A stretch of 64,000 nt of DNA. It comes from a virus. The first letter of the stretch is position 1. Each line of letters opens with the position of its first letter. Both the position numbers and the translations under genes were made by a program. The DNA lies in the IMG/VR virus record IMGVR_UViG_3300043436_002883, positions 32,001-96,000 of that record. The stretch is one strand, 5' to 3'. Under the pieces are notes generated by a model, which saw only the letters and a program-made list of their open reading frames with translations, searched no databases and was not told the origin of the DNA. Positions 23,812 through 34,101 of the stretch are shown here, one piece after another.

Positions 23812-26800
23812 ATGGCAAGAAAAGTATTACTAGAAACGTCTTATACGTTTACCCCATCAACAAGAACTATTTCGATTCCAAAAACAATCTTGAAAGAAAG
23901 ATTGCTTTTGATCACGAACGTAACAACAAATCAGGTTATTTATAATTTTTCAGATCCAAGCTTGGGTTCAACATCATACTCAGCTACTACAAACTCTGCG
24001 ATGGTAGAAAATACAACAATTGTTCTATCATATAACACTGCATCTATGACATCAACAGATAAACTTATGTTTACAATTGATACATTTGATGAAAGCTTTA
24101 CTCCAGCAGAGTCACAGCTAGACCCAGCTAACAAGTTTAGAGTTTCACAACCAAGAGCTCTTATCGACACTGATTTTGAATACGGAACACAGACTTCTAA
24201 GTGGGAAAACCTAGGATTAATTAACAATAGACCATTTTCTTATGCAAGACCAACACCTATTGCTAATATCTCTTCTATTAATCTCCCAACAGGCTCAAAA
24301 ACAGTAACAGTTACACTCAGCTCTGGAACAGCTCCAGCAAACGGAACTCCAGTTACAATCCAAGATTCATTTTTGGCAATTGCAGATGGTAACTTTATTA
24401 TCGAAAACGGCGGTGGAGGATCTAGCTTCACATATACAGCCTCTGCTATTAACAGAACAAGCATTACAGAAATCCTTGATCCAAACAAGACAATAGTTAA
24501 TCAGGGAGTTCTTTTTAGCGGTGCTCAAATTGGCGGAAGTGCATCATTAACTTATTCAGGAAGAAAGATTACAGCAGTAACATCAGTTCCTCACGGACTT
24601 GCCCTAGGAAATGAAATTGTTGTACTTGGAGCTACAGCAACAACTAATCCTCCAAATGGCAATCAAGAAGTTGCTCAGATAATTAACACAACAACATTTG
24701 CATTCTATGTAGATGCAGCACCAACAGGAACAATTGCTGGTGGAATTGCAATTTTTGTAAGACCACAGTCTACATTTGCACATAGACCACATGATGGTGG
24801 TGTTTTGTTTAGTGCTAACTCAGGCTCTAACTATGCACAATGCGTTCGTCAAACACGTCGCTACTTTAGATATCAATCAGGTAAGGGAATTCAGATTTCT
24901 TCAGGAACAGTTCTAAAGCCTTACGCAGGAATTGAAAATATAACATCAAATAACACAGTAGCAGTAACAGTTCAAACAAAAGAAAAGCACAATCTACAAC
25001 CAGGAACAGTTATTAAAATTGGTGGATGTAATGAAGTTGCATACAATGGAACATTTACAATTACGAATGTATTAAGTGCTACAGCTTTCCAATATCAAGC
25101 ACTATCAATTCCTTCAGCCACAGTTGCAACAGGACCATTCTACGCATCAGTAGAATCTTGGTATGGTTGCCAAAATAGACTAGGTGCTTTTGATGAGCAG
25201 AATGGTTTGTTCTGGGAGTACGACGGAACTACACTTTATGCAGTTCGCAGAAGCTCAACTTTCCAGCTATCTGGTAAGGTAACAGTTTCACAAAACTCTG
25301 CAACAATTCTACAATCTAGCGCAGAATTCCCAACATATTTCTCTAAGCAGCTAATCCCAGGAGATAAGATTGTAATCAGAGGACAATCATATAAGGTTGT
25401 TTCAATTGCATCAGATACATCTCTAACAATTAGCCCAGCATACCGTGGAGCAAGTGCTTCAATGTGTATTGTTTCTAGAACAGATGATACAAAAATTGCT
25501 CAAAGCGATTTTAATCTAGATAAGATTGACGGTACAGGGCCTTCTCAGTACAACATTGATCTTGGAAAGATGCAAATGTTCTACATCGACTATACATGGT
25601 ATGGTGCAGGATTCGTAAGATGGGGAGTTAGAGGGCCAAAGGGTAACGTTATTTACGTACACAAGATGCCTAATAACAACGTTAATACAGAAGCCTACAT
25701 GCGCTCTGGTAACCTTCCAGGTAGATATGAAAGCTCAACAAATCCACCTTACACAAAGGCAACTACAGAAATTTTAACAACAGATGCAGCGCTAACAGTT
25801 GCTTCTACAGCTGGATTCCCACCTTCAGGAACACTAGTTATAAGAAACGAAAATACTTATGAGTATGTTAACTACACAGGAAAGTCAGCAACAACATTTA
25901 CTGGACTTACAAGAGGAAAAGCTGGTGTAGAAGCAGGACTAACTGTTACTATAGCAACTGGAACAAGCACTGGAACAGTAGCAAGCGCAACTGGAATTCA
26001 GGTAGGACAAAGAGTTATATCTAATGCCTTCCCTGAAGGAACATTTATTTCTTCAATTACTGGTACATCAGTTCAGTTTAGCAAAGCAGCTTTAACAGAT
26101 AACCCTACTGGAGTAATTATTGCTCCAATGGGAGCCACATCCGCTCAAGCCTTTACATTTGCAGCAACTTCACCAACAATGGTTGAGTTAGCATTCCCAT
26201 CATTCTCAGCATCCATATCACACTGGGGAACATCGGTAATCATGGACGGTAACTTTGATGAAGATAAGTCTCTCGTGTTTACATACGGACAGAGAACTGG
26301 AAACTCTATTCCAGCAGGACAATCAAGAGCACTATTTGCAATCCGTGTAGCACCTTCAGTAGATAATGGTATTGCTGCAGCATTCGGACAAAGAGAACTA
26401 ATTAACCGTATGCAGCTTACACTTAAAGCACTAGATGTTACAACGTCTCTAGCTAACGCTAACCTTCTTGTAACTGCAGTTCTAAATGGAGTTCCATCAA
26501 CAACAAATGCATGGACTAATGCGGTAGGAAACGTAGCAGGAGTAGCAAACTCATCACTAGCACAGATTGTAGATTATCAAGGTAGCTCAACCACTTTATC
26601 TGGTGGAGAAACTACTGCAGGTTTCTTCGTAGGAACTGGAGCTAACTCAATCGATCTGTCAAACGTTAGAGATCTTGGAAACTCAATTGTGGGTGGAGGA
26701 TCAGTAAACTCAAATACAAACATCTACCCAGATGGTCCAGACACACTAACAATTGTTGTTGCAAATCTTGGTTCAACAACAGCTCCAGTGTTCGCAAGAC

Positions 26801-26826
26801 TATCCTGGACTGAGGCACAGGCATAG
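23812..26826 (+). CDS. large virion structural protein
   Basis: 1004 aa; beta-rich with H.L..G..I.I.G repeats; DTDFEYG.Q..KW motif. Confidence 0.7.
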   Translation: MARKVLLETSYTFTPSTRTISIPKTILKERLLLITNVTTNQVIYNFSDPSLGSTSYSATTNSAMVENTTIVLSYNTASMTSTDKLMFTIDTFDESFTPAESQLDPANKFRVSQPRALIDTDFEYGTQTSKWENLGLINNRPFSYARPTPIANISSINLPTGSKTVTVTLSSGTAPANGTPVTIQDSFLAIADGNFIIENGGGGSSFTYTASAINRTSITEILDPNKTIVNQGVLFSGAQIGGSASLTYSGRKITAVTSVPHGLALGNEIVVLGATATTNPPNGNQEVAQIINTTTFAFYVDAAPTGTIAGGIAIFVRPQSTFAHRPHDGGVLFSANSGSNYAQCVRQTRRYFRYQSGKGIQISSGTVLKPYAGIENITSNNTVAVTVQTKEKHNLQPGTVIKIGGCNEVAYNGTFTITNVLSATAFQYQALSIPSATVATGPFYASVESWYGCQNRLGAFDEQNGLFWEYDGTTLYAVRRSSTFQLSGKVTVSQNSATILQSSAEFPTYFSKQLIPGDKIVIRGQSYKVVSIASDTSLTISPAYRGASASMCIVSRTDDTKIAQSDFNLDKIDGTGPSQYNIDLGKMQMFYIDYTWYGAGFVRWGVRGPKGNVIYVHKMPNNNVNTEAYMRSGNLPGRYESSTNPPYTKATTEILTTDAALTVASTAGFPPSGTLVIRNENTYEYVNYTGKSATTFTGLTRGKAGVEAGLTVTIATGTSTGTVASATGIQVGQRVISNAFPEGTFISSITGTSVQFSKAALTDNPTGVIIAPMGATSAQAFTFAATSPTMVELAFPSFSASISHWGTSVIMDGNFDEDKSLVFTYGQRTGNSIPAGQSRALFAIRVAPSVDNGIAAAFGQRELINRMQLTLKALDVTTSLANANLLVTAVLNGVPSTTNAWTNAVGNVAGVANSSLAQIVDYQGSSTTLSGGETTAGFFVGTGANSIDLSNVRDLGNSIVGGGSVNSNTNIYPDGPDTLTIVVANLGSTTAPVFARLSWTEAQA

Positions 26827-26838
26827 GAAAACATAACA

Positions 26839-27339
26839 ATGTCTATTACTAAAGGAAAGTTTCCCTACGAAACAGATTTGCAGGTTAAATCATTATCAGT
26901 TTCTGATAACTGCGGTCTTTCTGGAATAACAACATTTTCTGGAGTAGTAAAGTTAAGTGGAACACTTGACAGCACATTGGGTAATATTCAGTTTATAGAT
27001 GGGGTACAGTCAAAACAAGGTACCCCGTCTATAACACCTATATATACTAAATTTTTTAATTACACATTAAGTAATTTAAATGAAAGAGATTCCATTATCG
27101 ATATGAGAATGACTGTTGCAAATACAGTAACCATTCCAGCAGATACGGTTATCAATTTCCCAGTTGGTACTACTCTTGATATTTTACAAACAGGAGCAGG
27201 ACAAACTACGGTTCAAGCAGGACCTGGTGTAGTATTAAACTTTACTCCAGGACAAAAGTTAAGATTTCAATGGTCAATTGCAACAATATTAAAAAGAGAT
27301 GCCAACACTTGGCTTTTGTTCGGAGACTTGACAGCGTAA
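26839..27339 (+). CDS. small fibre/tip protein
   Basis: TVTIP...FPVGT..DILQ.GAG...W...GDL domain common in phage fibres. Confidence 0.7.
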   Translation: MSITKGKFPYETDLQVKSLSVSDNCGLSGITTFSGVVKLSGTLDSTLGNIQFIDGVQSKQGTPSITPIYTKFFNYTLSNLNERDSIIDMRMTVANTVTIPADTVINFPVGTTLDILQTGAGQTTVQAGPGVVLNFTPGQKLRFQWSIATILKRDANTWLLFGDLTA

Positions 27340-27355
27340 GAAGGGTATTTAAAAA

Positions 27356-29020
27356 ATGGGTAAAAAGACGGGTAGAAAAGCGCAACTTTCTGGAGATTTT
27401 GAATATCCAGTACCACCAATAAATGTAGTTGCAACAGATGTAGGAACAAATAGACCATATAACAATGGGGCTATAAATATTACTTTTGAATACCCAACAG
27501 GCCAATTGCCTATTATAAATTACACTGCAAAGTTTACTCCTAATACTGGATCAGTAACTTATACAGATTTTTCTGCAACATCCCCAATTTTAATTACTGG
27601 AATACCTTCAGGACTAACTGGCTTTGTAACAGTAAATGCAACAAATGTAAATGGAACTTCTCAGGAGTCTACCGCAACCGCCCCTCTTTTAGTTACAACA
27701 GTTCCACAATCACCAAGAACAGTTACAGCAGTATCTAACACTACAGGTCCAGGCCATAGCACAGAAGGTACACAAACCACTACACCAGGACAACGTGGAC
27801 AAGATATTGTTTCATGGGGGCACCCAGCAACTGGTGGAAAAGATATATCAAAATATATAATTACATCTTCAGATTTAACTACACAGCCAGGCGGACTAGC
27901 ATCACCATATGAAGCTAATTTCCCAGCAACATCTATAGCAATTAGAGAGACTATGGCAAGTGCCCAGATATATACAGTAAAAGCAGTAAACGCAAATGGA
28001 ACTTCTTTAGGTTCTGCAACTGGTGAAGTTACAACATTCTTTTCACCACCAGCTTTTTTCTCCCCACCAAACTTCTTTGCGCCACCTAACTTTTTTGCGC
28101 CACCTAACTTTTTTGCGCCACCTAACTTTTTTGCTCCACCAAACTTCTTTGTGCCGCCAAACTTCTTTGCGCCACCACAATTCTTTGCGCCACCAAACTT
28201 CTTCGTGCCGCCACAGTTCTTTGCGCCACCACAGTTCTTTGTGCCACCACTATTTTTTACACCACCAAACTTCTTTACACCTCCACTATTCTTTAGCCCT
28301 CCAAGATTCTTTTCACCTCCAGGGTTCTTTAGCCCTCCAAGATTCTTTTCACCTCCAAGATTTTTTGCACCTCCAGGATTCTTTGGCCCTCCAAGATTCT
28401 TTGGCCCTCCAGGATTCTGTATACCAGCAGATACGGAGGTGCTTACTAAGGACGGATACAAAAAAGCAAAAGATATAAAGATAGATGATATTCTTTTAAC
28501 CGCTTATTTTGATAATTTGCCAGAACATTCTTCTAACTGTGCACAAGGATACATAAGCACAGACTGCATGATTCAAGTTGCTTCATGGAGAGATTCTAAT
28601 TTAATTAATCAAAAAACATTAGAGTCAAAGGTTACAAATATATTCAAGGAAACAAAATCATCAGTTGTAAGAATTAATAACAATCCTAAATATGATTTGT
28701 CATTAGTAGAACAACCTGTGATAAAAAGAGGCAATGAATATATGCTTCCAGAAGCAGCTAACCTAGAAATTGGCGATGAAATATTTAATTACGATAACCC
28801 TTCTGATCCAATAGTTGTTGAGTCCTTGGATCTTGTAGAAAAAGATACAGACGTATTTTTATTCTACAGAGAACCGTGGGGACTTCTTGTGGCAGGATCA
28901 ATGCTTGCATATAATGGATGCGAAACTTACAGCGAGATAGATCCAAATGATGTGGACCCTCATATTGCTGAAAATCCACACAATGAAGAAGAGTCGGACG
29001 CAGAATTTCAGGATAACTAA
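27356..29020 (+). CDS. FN3-like domains + 21x FFxPPx repeat + Hint (intein-like) domain protein
   Basis: Two Y..V.A.N.NG.S-type FN3 ends; hexapeptide repeat 28037-28414; CIPADTEVLT...LVAGSMLAYN Hint signature. Confidence 0.85.
   Translation: MGKKTGRKAQLSGDFEYPVPPINVVATDVGTNRPYNNGAINITFEYPTGQLPIINYTAKFTPNTGSVTYTDFSATSPILITGIPSGLTGFVTVNATNVNGTSQESTATAPLLVTTVPQSPRTVTAVSNTTGPGHSTEGTQTTTPGQRGQDIVSWGHPATGGKDISKYIITSSDLTTQPGGLASPYEANFPATSIAIRETMASAQIYTVKAVNANGTSLGSATGEVTTFFSPPAFFSPPNFFAPPNFFAPPNFFAPPNFFAPPNFFVPPNFFAPPQFFAPPNFFVPPQFFAPPQFFVPPLFFTPPNFFTPPLFFSPPRFFSPPGFFSPPRFFSPPRFFAPPGFFGPPRFFGPPGFCIPADTEVLTKDGYKKAKDIKIDDILLTAYFDNLPEHSSNCAQGYISTDCMIQVASWRDSNLINQKTLESKVTNIFKETKSSVVRINNNPKYDLSLVEQPVIKRGNEYMLPEAANLEIGDEIFNYDNPSDPIVVESLDLVEKDTDVFLFYREPWGLLVAGSMLAYNGCETYSEIDPNDVDPHIAENPHNEEESDAEFQDN
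28037..28414 (+). repeat. 18-bp tandem repeat x21 encoding FF[SAVTG]PP[ANQLRG]
   Basis: Counted in the translation; exactly 378 bp. Confidence 0.95.
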
Positions 29021-29023
29021 TCC

Positions 29024-29052
29024 TTGACTATATTACGCAAAAATGCTATTCT
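29024..29052 (+). promoter_or_regulatory. sigma70-type promoter for oxygenase operon (leaderless)
   Basis: TTGACT-N17-TATTCT, ATG 6 nt later. Confidence 0.65.
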
Positions 29053-29058
29053 TTAATA

Positions 29059-29682
29059 ATGATATACAACAAAAAACAGTTGTACCCTGGGATATGGGTA
29101 TATCCTAATTCTTTTCCAAAAGAACTTGATTTAATTAATCGTATTGAAGATTGCGTATCCAGCAAAGAAACTGACTGGAATAGTGCAACTGTTTGTTTAG
29201 AAGAGACAGATAAAACATACAGGGATGCATGGGACTTTAAGATCTCTGCTCTTGGAAAATCTCACCCACTTTACAAAGATATTTATAATTGCCAAAAAGA
29301 TGCAGTTGAAGATTTTTGCAATATGTATTCAATTAAAATGGATTTTTGGGAATGGACTAATGTAGTTAAATATTACCCTAATCAATTTTTTCAAGAGCAT
29401 GCAGATGACGGGTGGTCATATAAATGTGCCGTATCTTTAGTCGGATATCCAAATGATGGTTATACTGGCGGTGGGCTATATTTTCCTAAATTTAATTTAC
29501 ATATAACACCAGAGATAGGGGATTTAGTTATATTTCCTTCCTCTTTTATATATTCTCACGTAGCTCTTCCAGTTGAGTCAGGAGTCAAGTATTCTTTTGT
29601 TACCATGCTAGACTACAATGATGATGCCCATACCGAAGAATATGATAGAATGATAGATAACAAACACAAGGGGAAAAAATAA
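29059..29682 (+). CDS. 2OG-Fe(II) oxygenase, prolyl-4-hydroxylase-like
   Basis: HAD...Y.ND.Y.GG.L.FP...GDLVIFPS...H...PV.SG.KY. Confidence 0.9.
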   Translation: MIYNKKQLYPGIWVYPNSFPKELDLINRIEDCVSSKETDWNSATVCLEETDKTYRDAWDFKISALGKSHPLYKDIYNCQKDAVEDFCNMYSIKMDFWEWTNVVKYYPNQFFQEHADDGWSYKCAVSLVGYPNDGYTGGGLYFPKFNLHITPEIGDLVIFPSSFIYSHVALPVESGVKYSFVTMLDYNDDAHTEEYDRMIDNKHKGKK

Positions 29683-29683
29683 T

Positions 29684-30424
29684 ATGCTTCCAAATGCAGA
29701 AACTATATATCCAGGAATTATTGTATACAGAGACGTCTTTAAAAAAGAGTACAATCTGGCAGAAAGACTAGAAAAGGTTTTAGAAAAACAAGAAAGCAAG
29801 AAGCACTGGAACCTGGCTCAAACAGGCTTTGATACACTAAATACAGATTATCGTGATGCCTGGGATTTTAAAATTAAAGAAAATGACGGCGGATCCCTAA
29901 TGTATGGCAATGGAAATCATGTTCAGCAAGAAGATCTTACAGAGGATGAAATAGAGCTAAGACAGATATGGAGAGACTCAAAAGGAGTACAGCTTAACGC
30001 TGTAGCAGATTACATGAAAATGTTTCAGCTTCCACCCTTAAACTATTGGGAATCTTTTAACTTTATTAAGTATGCAAAAAATCAACACTTTAATGTCCAT
30101 TCAGATCACGGATATTCATATGTGTGTGTGCTTTCATCAGTAGGTTATATTAACGACGACTACGAAGGCGGAGAGTTGTTTTTCGATAAGCTTGGCTTAA
30201 AGATTAAACCTAAAGCTGGAGATCTATATCTTTTTCCTTCTTCTTATATTTATTCTCATGCAGCAATGCCAGTAAAATCTGGAACTAAATATGCAATTGT
30301 TACAATGTTAGATTATCAAGAGGCTCCACACACACCTCTTTATAGAGAAATAGAGGCAGGCTATGAATATAACCATTTTACCGAAGGTAAAAAATTTATC
30401 CCAGCAGAACAAAGGGATAATTAA
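29684..30424 (+). CDS. 2OG-Fe(II) oxygenase, prolyl-4-hydroxylase-like
   Basis: HSD...YINDDYEGGEL...H..MPV.SG.KY; paralog of preceding gene (YRDAWDFKI). Confidence 0.9.
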   Translation: MLPNAETIYPGIIVYRDVFKKEYNLAERLEKVLEKQESKKHWNLAQTGFDTLNTDYRDAWDFKIKENDGGSLMYGNGNHVQQEDLTEDEIELRQIWRDSKGVQLNAVADYMKMFQLPPLNYWESFNFIKYAKNQHFNVHSDHGYSYVCVLSSVGYINDDYEGGELFFDKLGLKIKPKAGDLYLFPSSYIYSHAAMPVKSGTKYAIVTMLDYQEAPHTPLYREIEAGYEYNHFTEGKKFIPAEQRDN

Positions 30425-31138
30425 TTGATTAAGGTAACAGCATATGATAATTTGCAAGATACAGCTAACATAGAGCCACTCTCTGCAAAAAGAGATTGGA
30501 TGGACCAGACGGAGCATAATCATGCATACAGGTGCTTTCCACTAACTCTAGCAAATCAATTAGGCTGGGGAATATCTTTTCCAGAAGATATAACTTTTAT
30601 GTGGGATGGAGTAACAAGTACCTATCCACATAATGTTCAGGTTTTACAAGGACAAAAATACTGCGAAACTGGTAGAGGTCACTCAACAATTAATTTTAAA
30701 ACAAATCTAACTTTTGAAACAGAAAGTAATTACACATTGCTATCTTTCCCAGTTCCAAATATGTTTGTTGATGGAGCCCAGGCCGTAACAAGCTTACTAA
30801 CAACATCTTTTTTTGGTAGCCCATTGCCAGTTGCATGGAAGATTACAAAGCCATACGTTCCAATCACAATCAAAGCTGGACAACCAGTAATTGCAATTTT
30901 GCCAATATCTTTAACAGAGCTAAACAACTCTACTCTTGAAGTAAAGGATATAAGGCATATGCCACAGCCACACTTTGAGAATGTTCCAACTTATGAAGGA
31001 GCAGTTGCTGCAGCTAAAGAGGCGGCAGAAAAACAAATTTGGACAGACTACTATAGAGATGCCACAGACTATCTAGGAAATAAACTAGGATCTCATGAAG
31101 TAAAATCAATTAAGCTGAAAGTCAATAAATACAAATGA
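30425..31138 (+). CDS. DUF6065-like accessory protein
   Basis: RDWMD...HAYRCFPL..AN..GW motif; TTG start. Confidence 0.6.
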   Translation: MIKVTAYDNLQDTANIEPLSAKRDWMDQTEHNHAYRCFPLTLANQLGWGISFPEDITFMWDGVTSTYPHNVQVLQGQKYCETGRGHSTINFKTNLTFETESNYTLLSFPVPNMFVDGAQAVTSLLTTSFFGSPLPVAWKITKPYVPITIKAGQPVIAILPISLTELNNSTLEVKDIRHMPQPHFENVPTYEGAVAAAKEAAEKQIWTDYYRDATDYLGNKLGSHEVKSIKLKVNKYK

Positions 31139-31845
31139 AAATTGTTTTTAATTCAAATAGACACTATAACAATAAAGATCTTGTTCCAAGCCCTACAAAA
31201 AATGTTATGCCAGGATGGTTTAAGAATGCTAGCAAGTACTGGAAAGATTTTGAAGGAAATGATGTAGTCGGTCCTCCAGACAATCAAAGAGGCCCAGGCT
31301 TTAAAGCCTGTCCAGCCTTACATGATATTTTTACGACAGGATATATGCTTACAACACCATGCGACATTAATGTTTTTATAAAAGACGGATACACATTAGT
31401 GCAAGCAGAGCCAGGATTTGATGACTTTGTTTCAATTCGTTCGCACATGGGAGAATTTCATTATCCAGAAGGATATTATAAATTTGTTTATCACTGGTAT
31501 CCAAATTGGGGATTTACCCTTCCAGAAGGGTATAGCGCTTTAGTTGTACAGCCTATTAATAATTTTGAGCTGCCTTTTTTAACGGTAGGCGGTATAATTG
31601 ATAGTGATAGGTATGCCCCGCCAGGGCTAATGCCATTTTTTATTAGAGATGGCTTTAAAGGAATTATTCCAAAAGGAACTCCCTATGCACAAATAATTCC
31701 AATCAAAAGAGAAGAATGGAAATCAGAGTTTAATTTGTATACGTATCAAGAAATGCAAAAAAGACACAATGACCATGTGGCCATATATAGAGCAAATACT
31801 GGAGTATATAAAAAAAATACCTGGGTACCCAAGAAATATGAATAG
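31135..31845 (+). CDS. accessory protein, distantly related to preceding gene
   Basis: P.WFK...KACP...D..T.GY...W...LP.GYS...P.N...G.ID.D...KGTP.AQIIP.KRE.W. Confidence 0.6.
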   Translation: MKIVFNSNRHYNNKDLVPSPTKNVMPGWFKNASKYWKDFEGNDVVGPPDNQRGPGFKACPALHDIFTTGYMLTTPCDINVFIKDGYTLVQAEPGFDDFVSIRSHMGEFHYPEGYYKFVYHWYPNWGFTLPEGYSALVVQPINNFELPFLTVGGIIDSDRYAPPGLMPFFIRDGFKGIIPKGTPYAQIIPIKREEWKSEFNLYTYQEMQKRHNDHVAIYRANTGVYKKNTWVPKKYE

Positions 31846-31854
31846 GAAAAATAA

Positions 31855-32538
31855 ATGGAAAACACTGTAGAGAACCCTTCGGATATTAGAAAGCACAGAA
31901 CATCAATCACGCCTTCTGGTTATTTTGGCAATGGTAAAGAAAACATTGTTGAAATAGAGAACTTGTTAACGGAAGAAGAAAACGAATACCTTTTAAATTT
32001 TATTAAAAATAATGAAGTTTGGGATCAGGGCCAAGATGTTAAAAATGAGAATGGAACAATCATCTATCAACACAACGTATGGGCAAACCGTGTTGCAACA
32101 AGAAAATCTTTAGATGAGTCAGATCCAGCTGTTTCAGTAATGCTAGAGTCAATAATTGAAAGACTAAGAGTAATGATTGAAAAGCATTTTAATGTAGAGG
32201 TAAAGCCTACAGGCCCATGCCTTGTTAGATGGCCAGTTGGCTCTATGCAGTGGCCACACGCAGATAAAGAATTGCACGAAGGACCAGATAAGGGAACTGC
32301 AAACAATTTTCCATGGTATGACATTGGGACAGTAATCTATTTAAATGAAGATTACGAAGGTGGTAGATTGCATTTTCCAAAACAAGAAATTGCTTTTAAG
32401 CCAAAAGCTAGAGCGGCATATTTTTTTCCAGGTGATTTAAACTATATACATGGTGTCGATATTATTACAGAAGGAACAAGATACACCTCACCTTGGTTTT
32501 GGACTATAACTAAATTAGGAGAAAAAATAAATGGATAA
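31855..32538 (+). CDS. 2OG-Fe(II) oxygenase
   Basis: HADKE...YLNEDYEGG...HGV..I.EG.RY. Confidence 0.9.
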   Translation: MENTVENPSDIRKHRTSITPSGYFGNGKENIVEIENLLTEEENEYLLNFIKNNEVWDQGQDVKNENGTIIYQHNVWANRVATRKSLDESDPAVSVMLESIIERLRVMIEKHFNVEVKPTGPCLVRWPVGSMQWPHADKELHEGPDKGTANNFPWYDIGTVIYLNEDYEGGRLHFPKQEIAFKPKARAAYFFPGDLNYIHGVDIITEGTRYTSPWFWTITKLGEKING

Positions 32539-33391
32539 TATAGTATCAAAGACCCTGTATCCCAGAATTGAAATTTACAAAGGTTTACTTCCAGATCATA
32601 AGGAAATTTTTGATGTTGTAAAGTCTACAGAAAACATTGAAAAAGATTCAGATGAACATTATTTTGTTCCGTGGACTAGATGGAGCTCCTTTGGCACATA
32701 CTCATCAACAAAATTTAAGGGTGCTATGGATAACCTACGTGGCAAAAATGAAACTTTTGACAAAGAGTATTGGGCTGCAGAAACAGTTTGGGATGCATAT
32801 AATATTGCTCTTGAAGACTACATAAAGAAATATAATGTTGACCTTCCAGAAGGAGCAGAGCTCGGCTCATCATCATTTTGCAAATATTTTACTAACGTAG
32901 ATTCTTTAAAGAATAATTTAACAATGCAGTATCACACAGATTTTAAACAAACAGATAAGGATGCTCCAGGAAATAAATTTTATATAACCTGTACGGTTTA
33001 TATAAATGACGACTATGAAGGCGGAGAAATTGAGTTTTATGTTAATGGAGAATTTGTTCCCGCATACAAGCCAGAGGCAGGAGACATAATGGTATTTCCT
33101 TCTGGAGAAGGATACTATCATGGCGTAAGAACGGCGACTAAAGGAAATAAATATTTAATCAGAAACTTTATGGTTTATCCATATAAGGGGTCTGATGAAT
33201 GGCTAGAAAACCAATTAAAATACGGTGCAACAAAATGGGCTGAAATGGAAAAAAGAAGAATGAGCCTAGATGTATATGGCGGGAACCTAGTATTTGAAAA
33301 TGGAAAACTAAAGGTTCCAACTGAAAAAGAAATACAAGATCATATAGATTATATCGATAGTCTAGAAGATAAAGATAAGACGGAGTGCTAA
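32531..33391 (+). CDS. 2OG-Fe(II) oxygenase
   Basis: HTD...YINDDYEGGEI...HGV....G.KY. Confidence 0.9.
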   Translation: MDNIVSKTLYPRIEIYKGLLPDHKEIFDVVKSTENIEKDSDEHYFVPWTRWSSFGTYSSTKFKGAMDNLRGKNETFDKEYWAAETVWDAYNIALEDYIKKYNVDLPEGAELGSSSFCKYFTNVDSLKNNLTMQYHTDFKQTDKDAPGNKFYITCTVYINDDYEGGEIEFYVNGEFVPAYKPEAGDIMVFPSGEGYYHGVRTATKGNKYLIRNFMVYPYKGSDEWLENQLKYGATKWAEMEKRRMSLDVYGGNLVFENGKLKVPTEKEIQDHIDYIDSLEDKDKTEC

Positions 33392-34101
33392 TGGAAATTG
33401 TATCGCTTAAGGATGATGTTTTTGTTGTTGATGGTTTAATTACAGAAGAAGAATGCCAAAAAATAATTGCTTATTTTGACGCAATTACCGACGCTGGTCA
33501 TTTAAAGTGGAATCAAATTTCTTTTTACGGATCTCTTGCCATGGGCTACTGGCCTTGGGACGATAACCTACTTCTATTTGGCTTGCCTAAAGATTATTTT
33601 TCTATACTAAAAGAAAAAGTTAAACTAGCAGGGGAAACCTGTTTTAACAAAGAGTTATCAGAAGTAAGTTACCACGCACAAAAGTGGGTAATAGGAGCAT
33701 TTGCAGGTTTTCACTCAGATAATACCCATGAAGACGGAAAGCCTTCCGCATTCTATAAAAGTAAATATGCAGGATTCCTTTATCTAAATGATAATTTTGA
33801 TGGAGGGTTTTTAAACTTTAAACATCATGATATTGCAATAAAGCCAAAGCCTGGTAGACTTGCTTTCTTTAAAGGTGGATATGGCAACGAGCATGAAGTC
33901 ACGATGGTTGAAAAGGCAGAAAGATATACAGTGGGATCGTTTTGGGATGATGCTGATGCAGTTTATACACCAGAACAAATAGCTGAGTGGGAAGCCGAAC
34001 TTAAAGAAACAAGAGCAGAACAAGAAAAAACTTACGAAGAGTGGAATGATCTTAAGAAAAGGGGAACTCCACCAACACATAAAGGTAAGTATGATGCTTA
34101 A
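33391..34101 (+). CDS. 2OG-Fe(II) oxygenase
   Basis: HSD...YLNDNFDGG...HEV..V...ERY; start at ATG 33391 (TAATG). Confidence 0.9.
   Translation: MEIVSLKDDVFVVDGLITEEECQKIIAYFDAITDAGHLKWNQISFYGSLAMGYWPWDDNLLLFGLPKDYFSILKEKVKLAGETCFNKELSEVSYHAQKWVIGAFAGFHSDNTHEDGKPSAFYKSKYAGFLYLNDNFDGGFLNFKHHDIAIKPKPGRLAFFKGGYGNEHEVTMVEKAERYTVGSFWDDADAVYTPEQIAEWEAELKETRAEQEKTYEEWNDLKKRGTPPTHKGKYDA

Noticed and set aside
27661-28461. Minus-strand ORF with GGAKKF repeats and plus-strand His/Leu-rich ORF 28023-28478
   Set aside because: Shadow frames of the 18-bp repeat; the FFxPP frame is continuous with the FN3 and Hint domains.
28418-28915. Classical splicing intein or homing element
   Set aside because: No endonuclease domain, no C/S/T at +1, and not inserted in a conserved enzyme.
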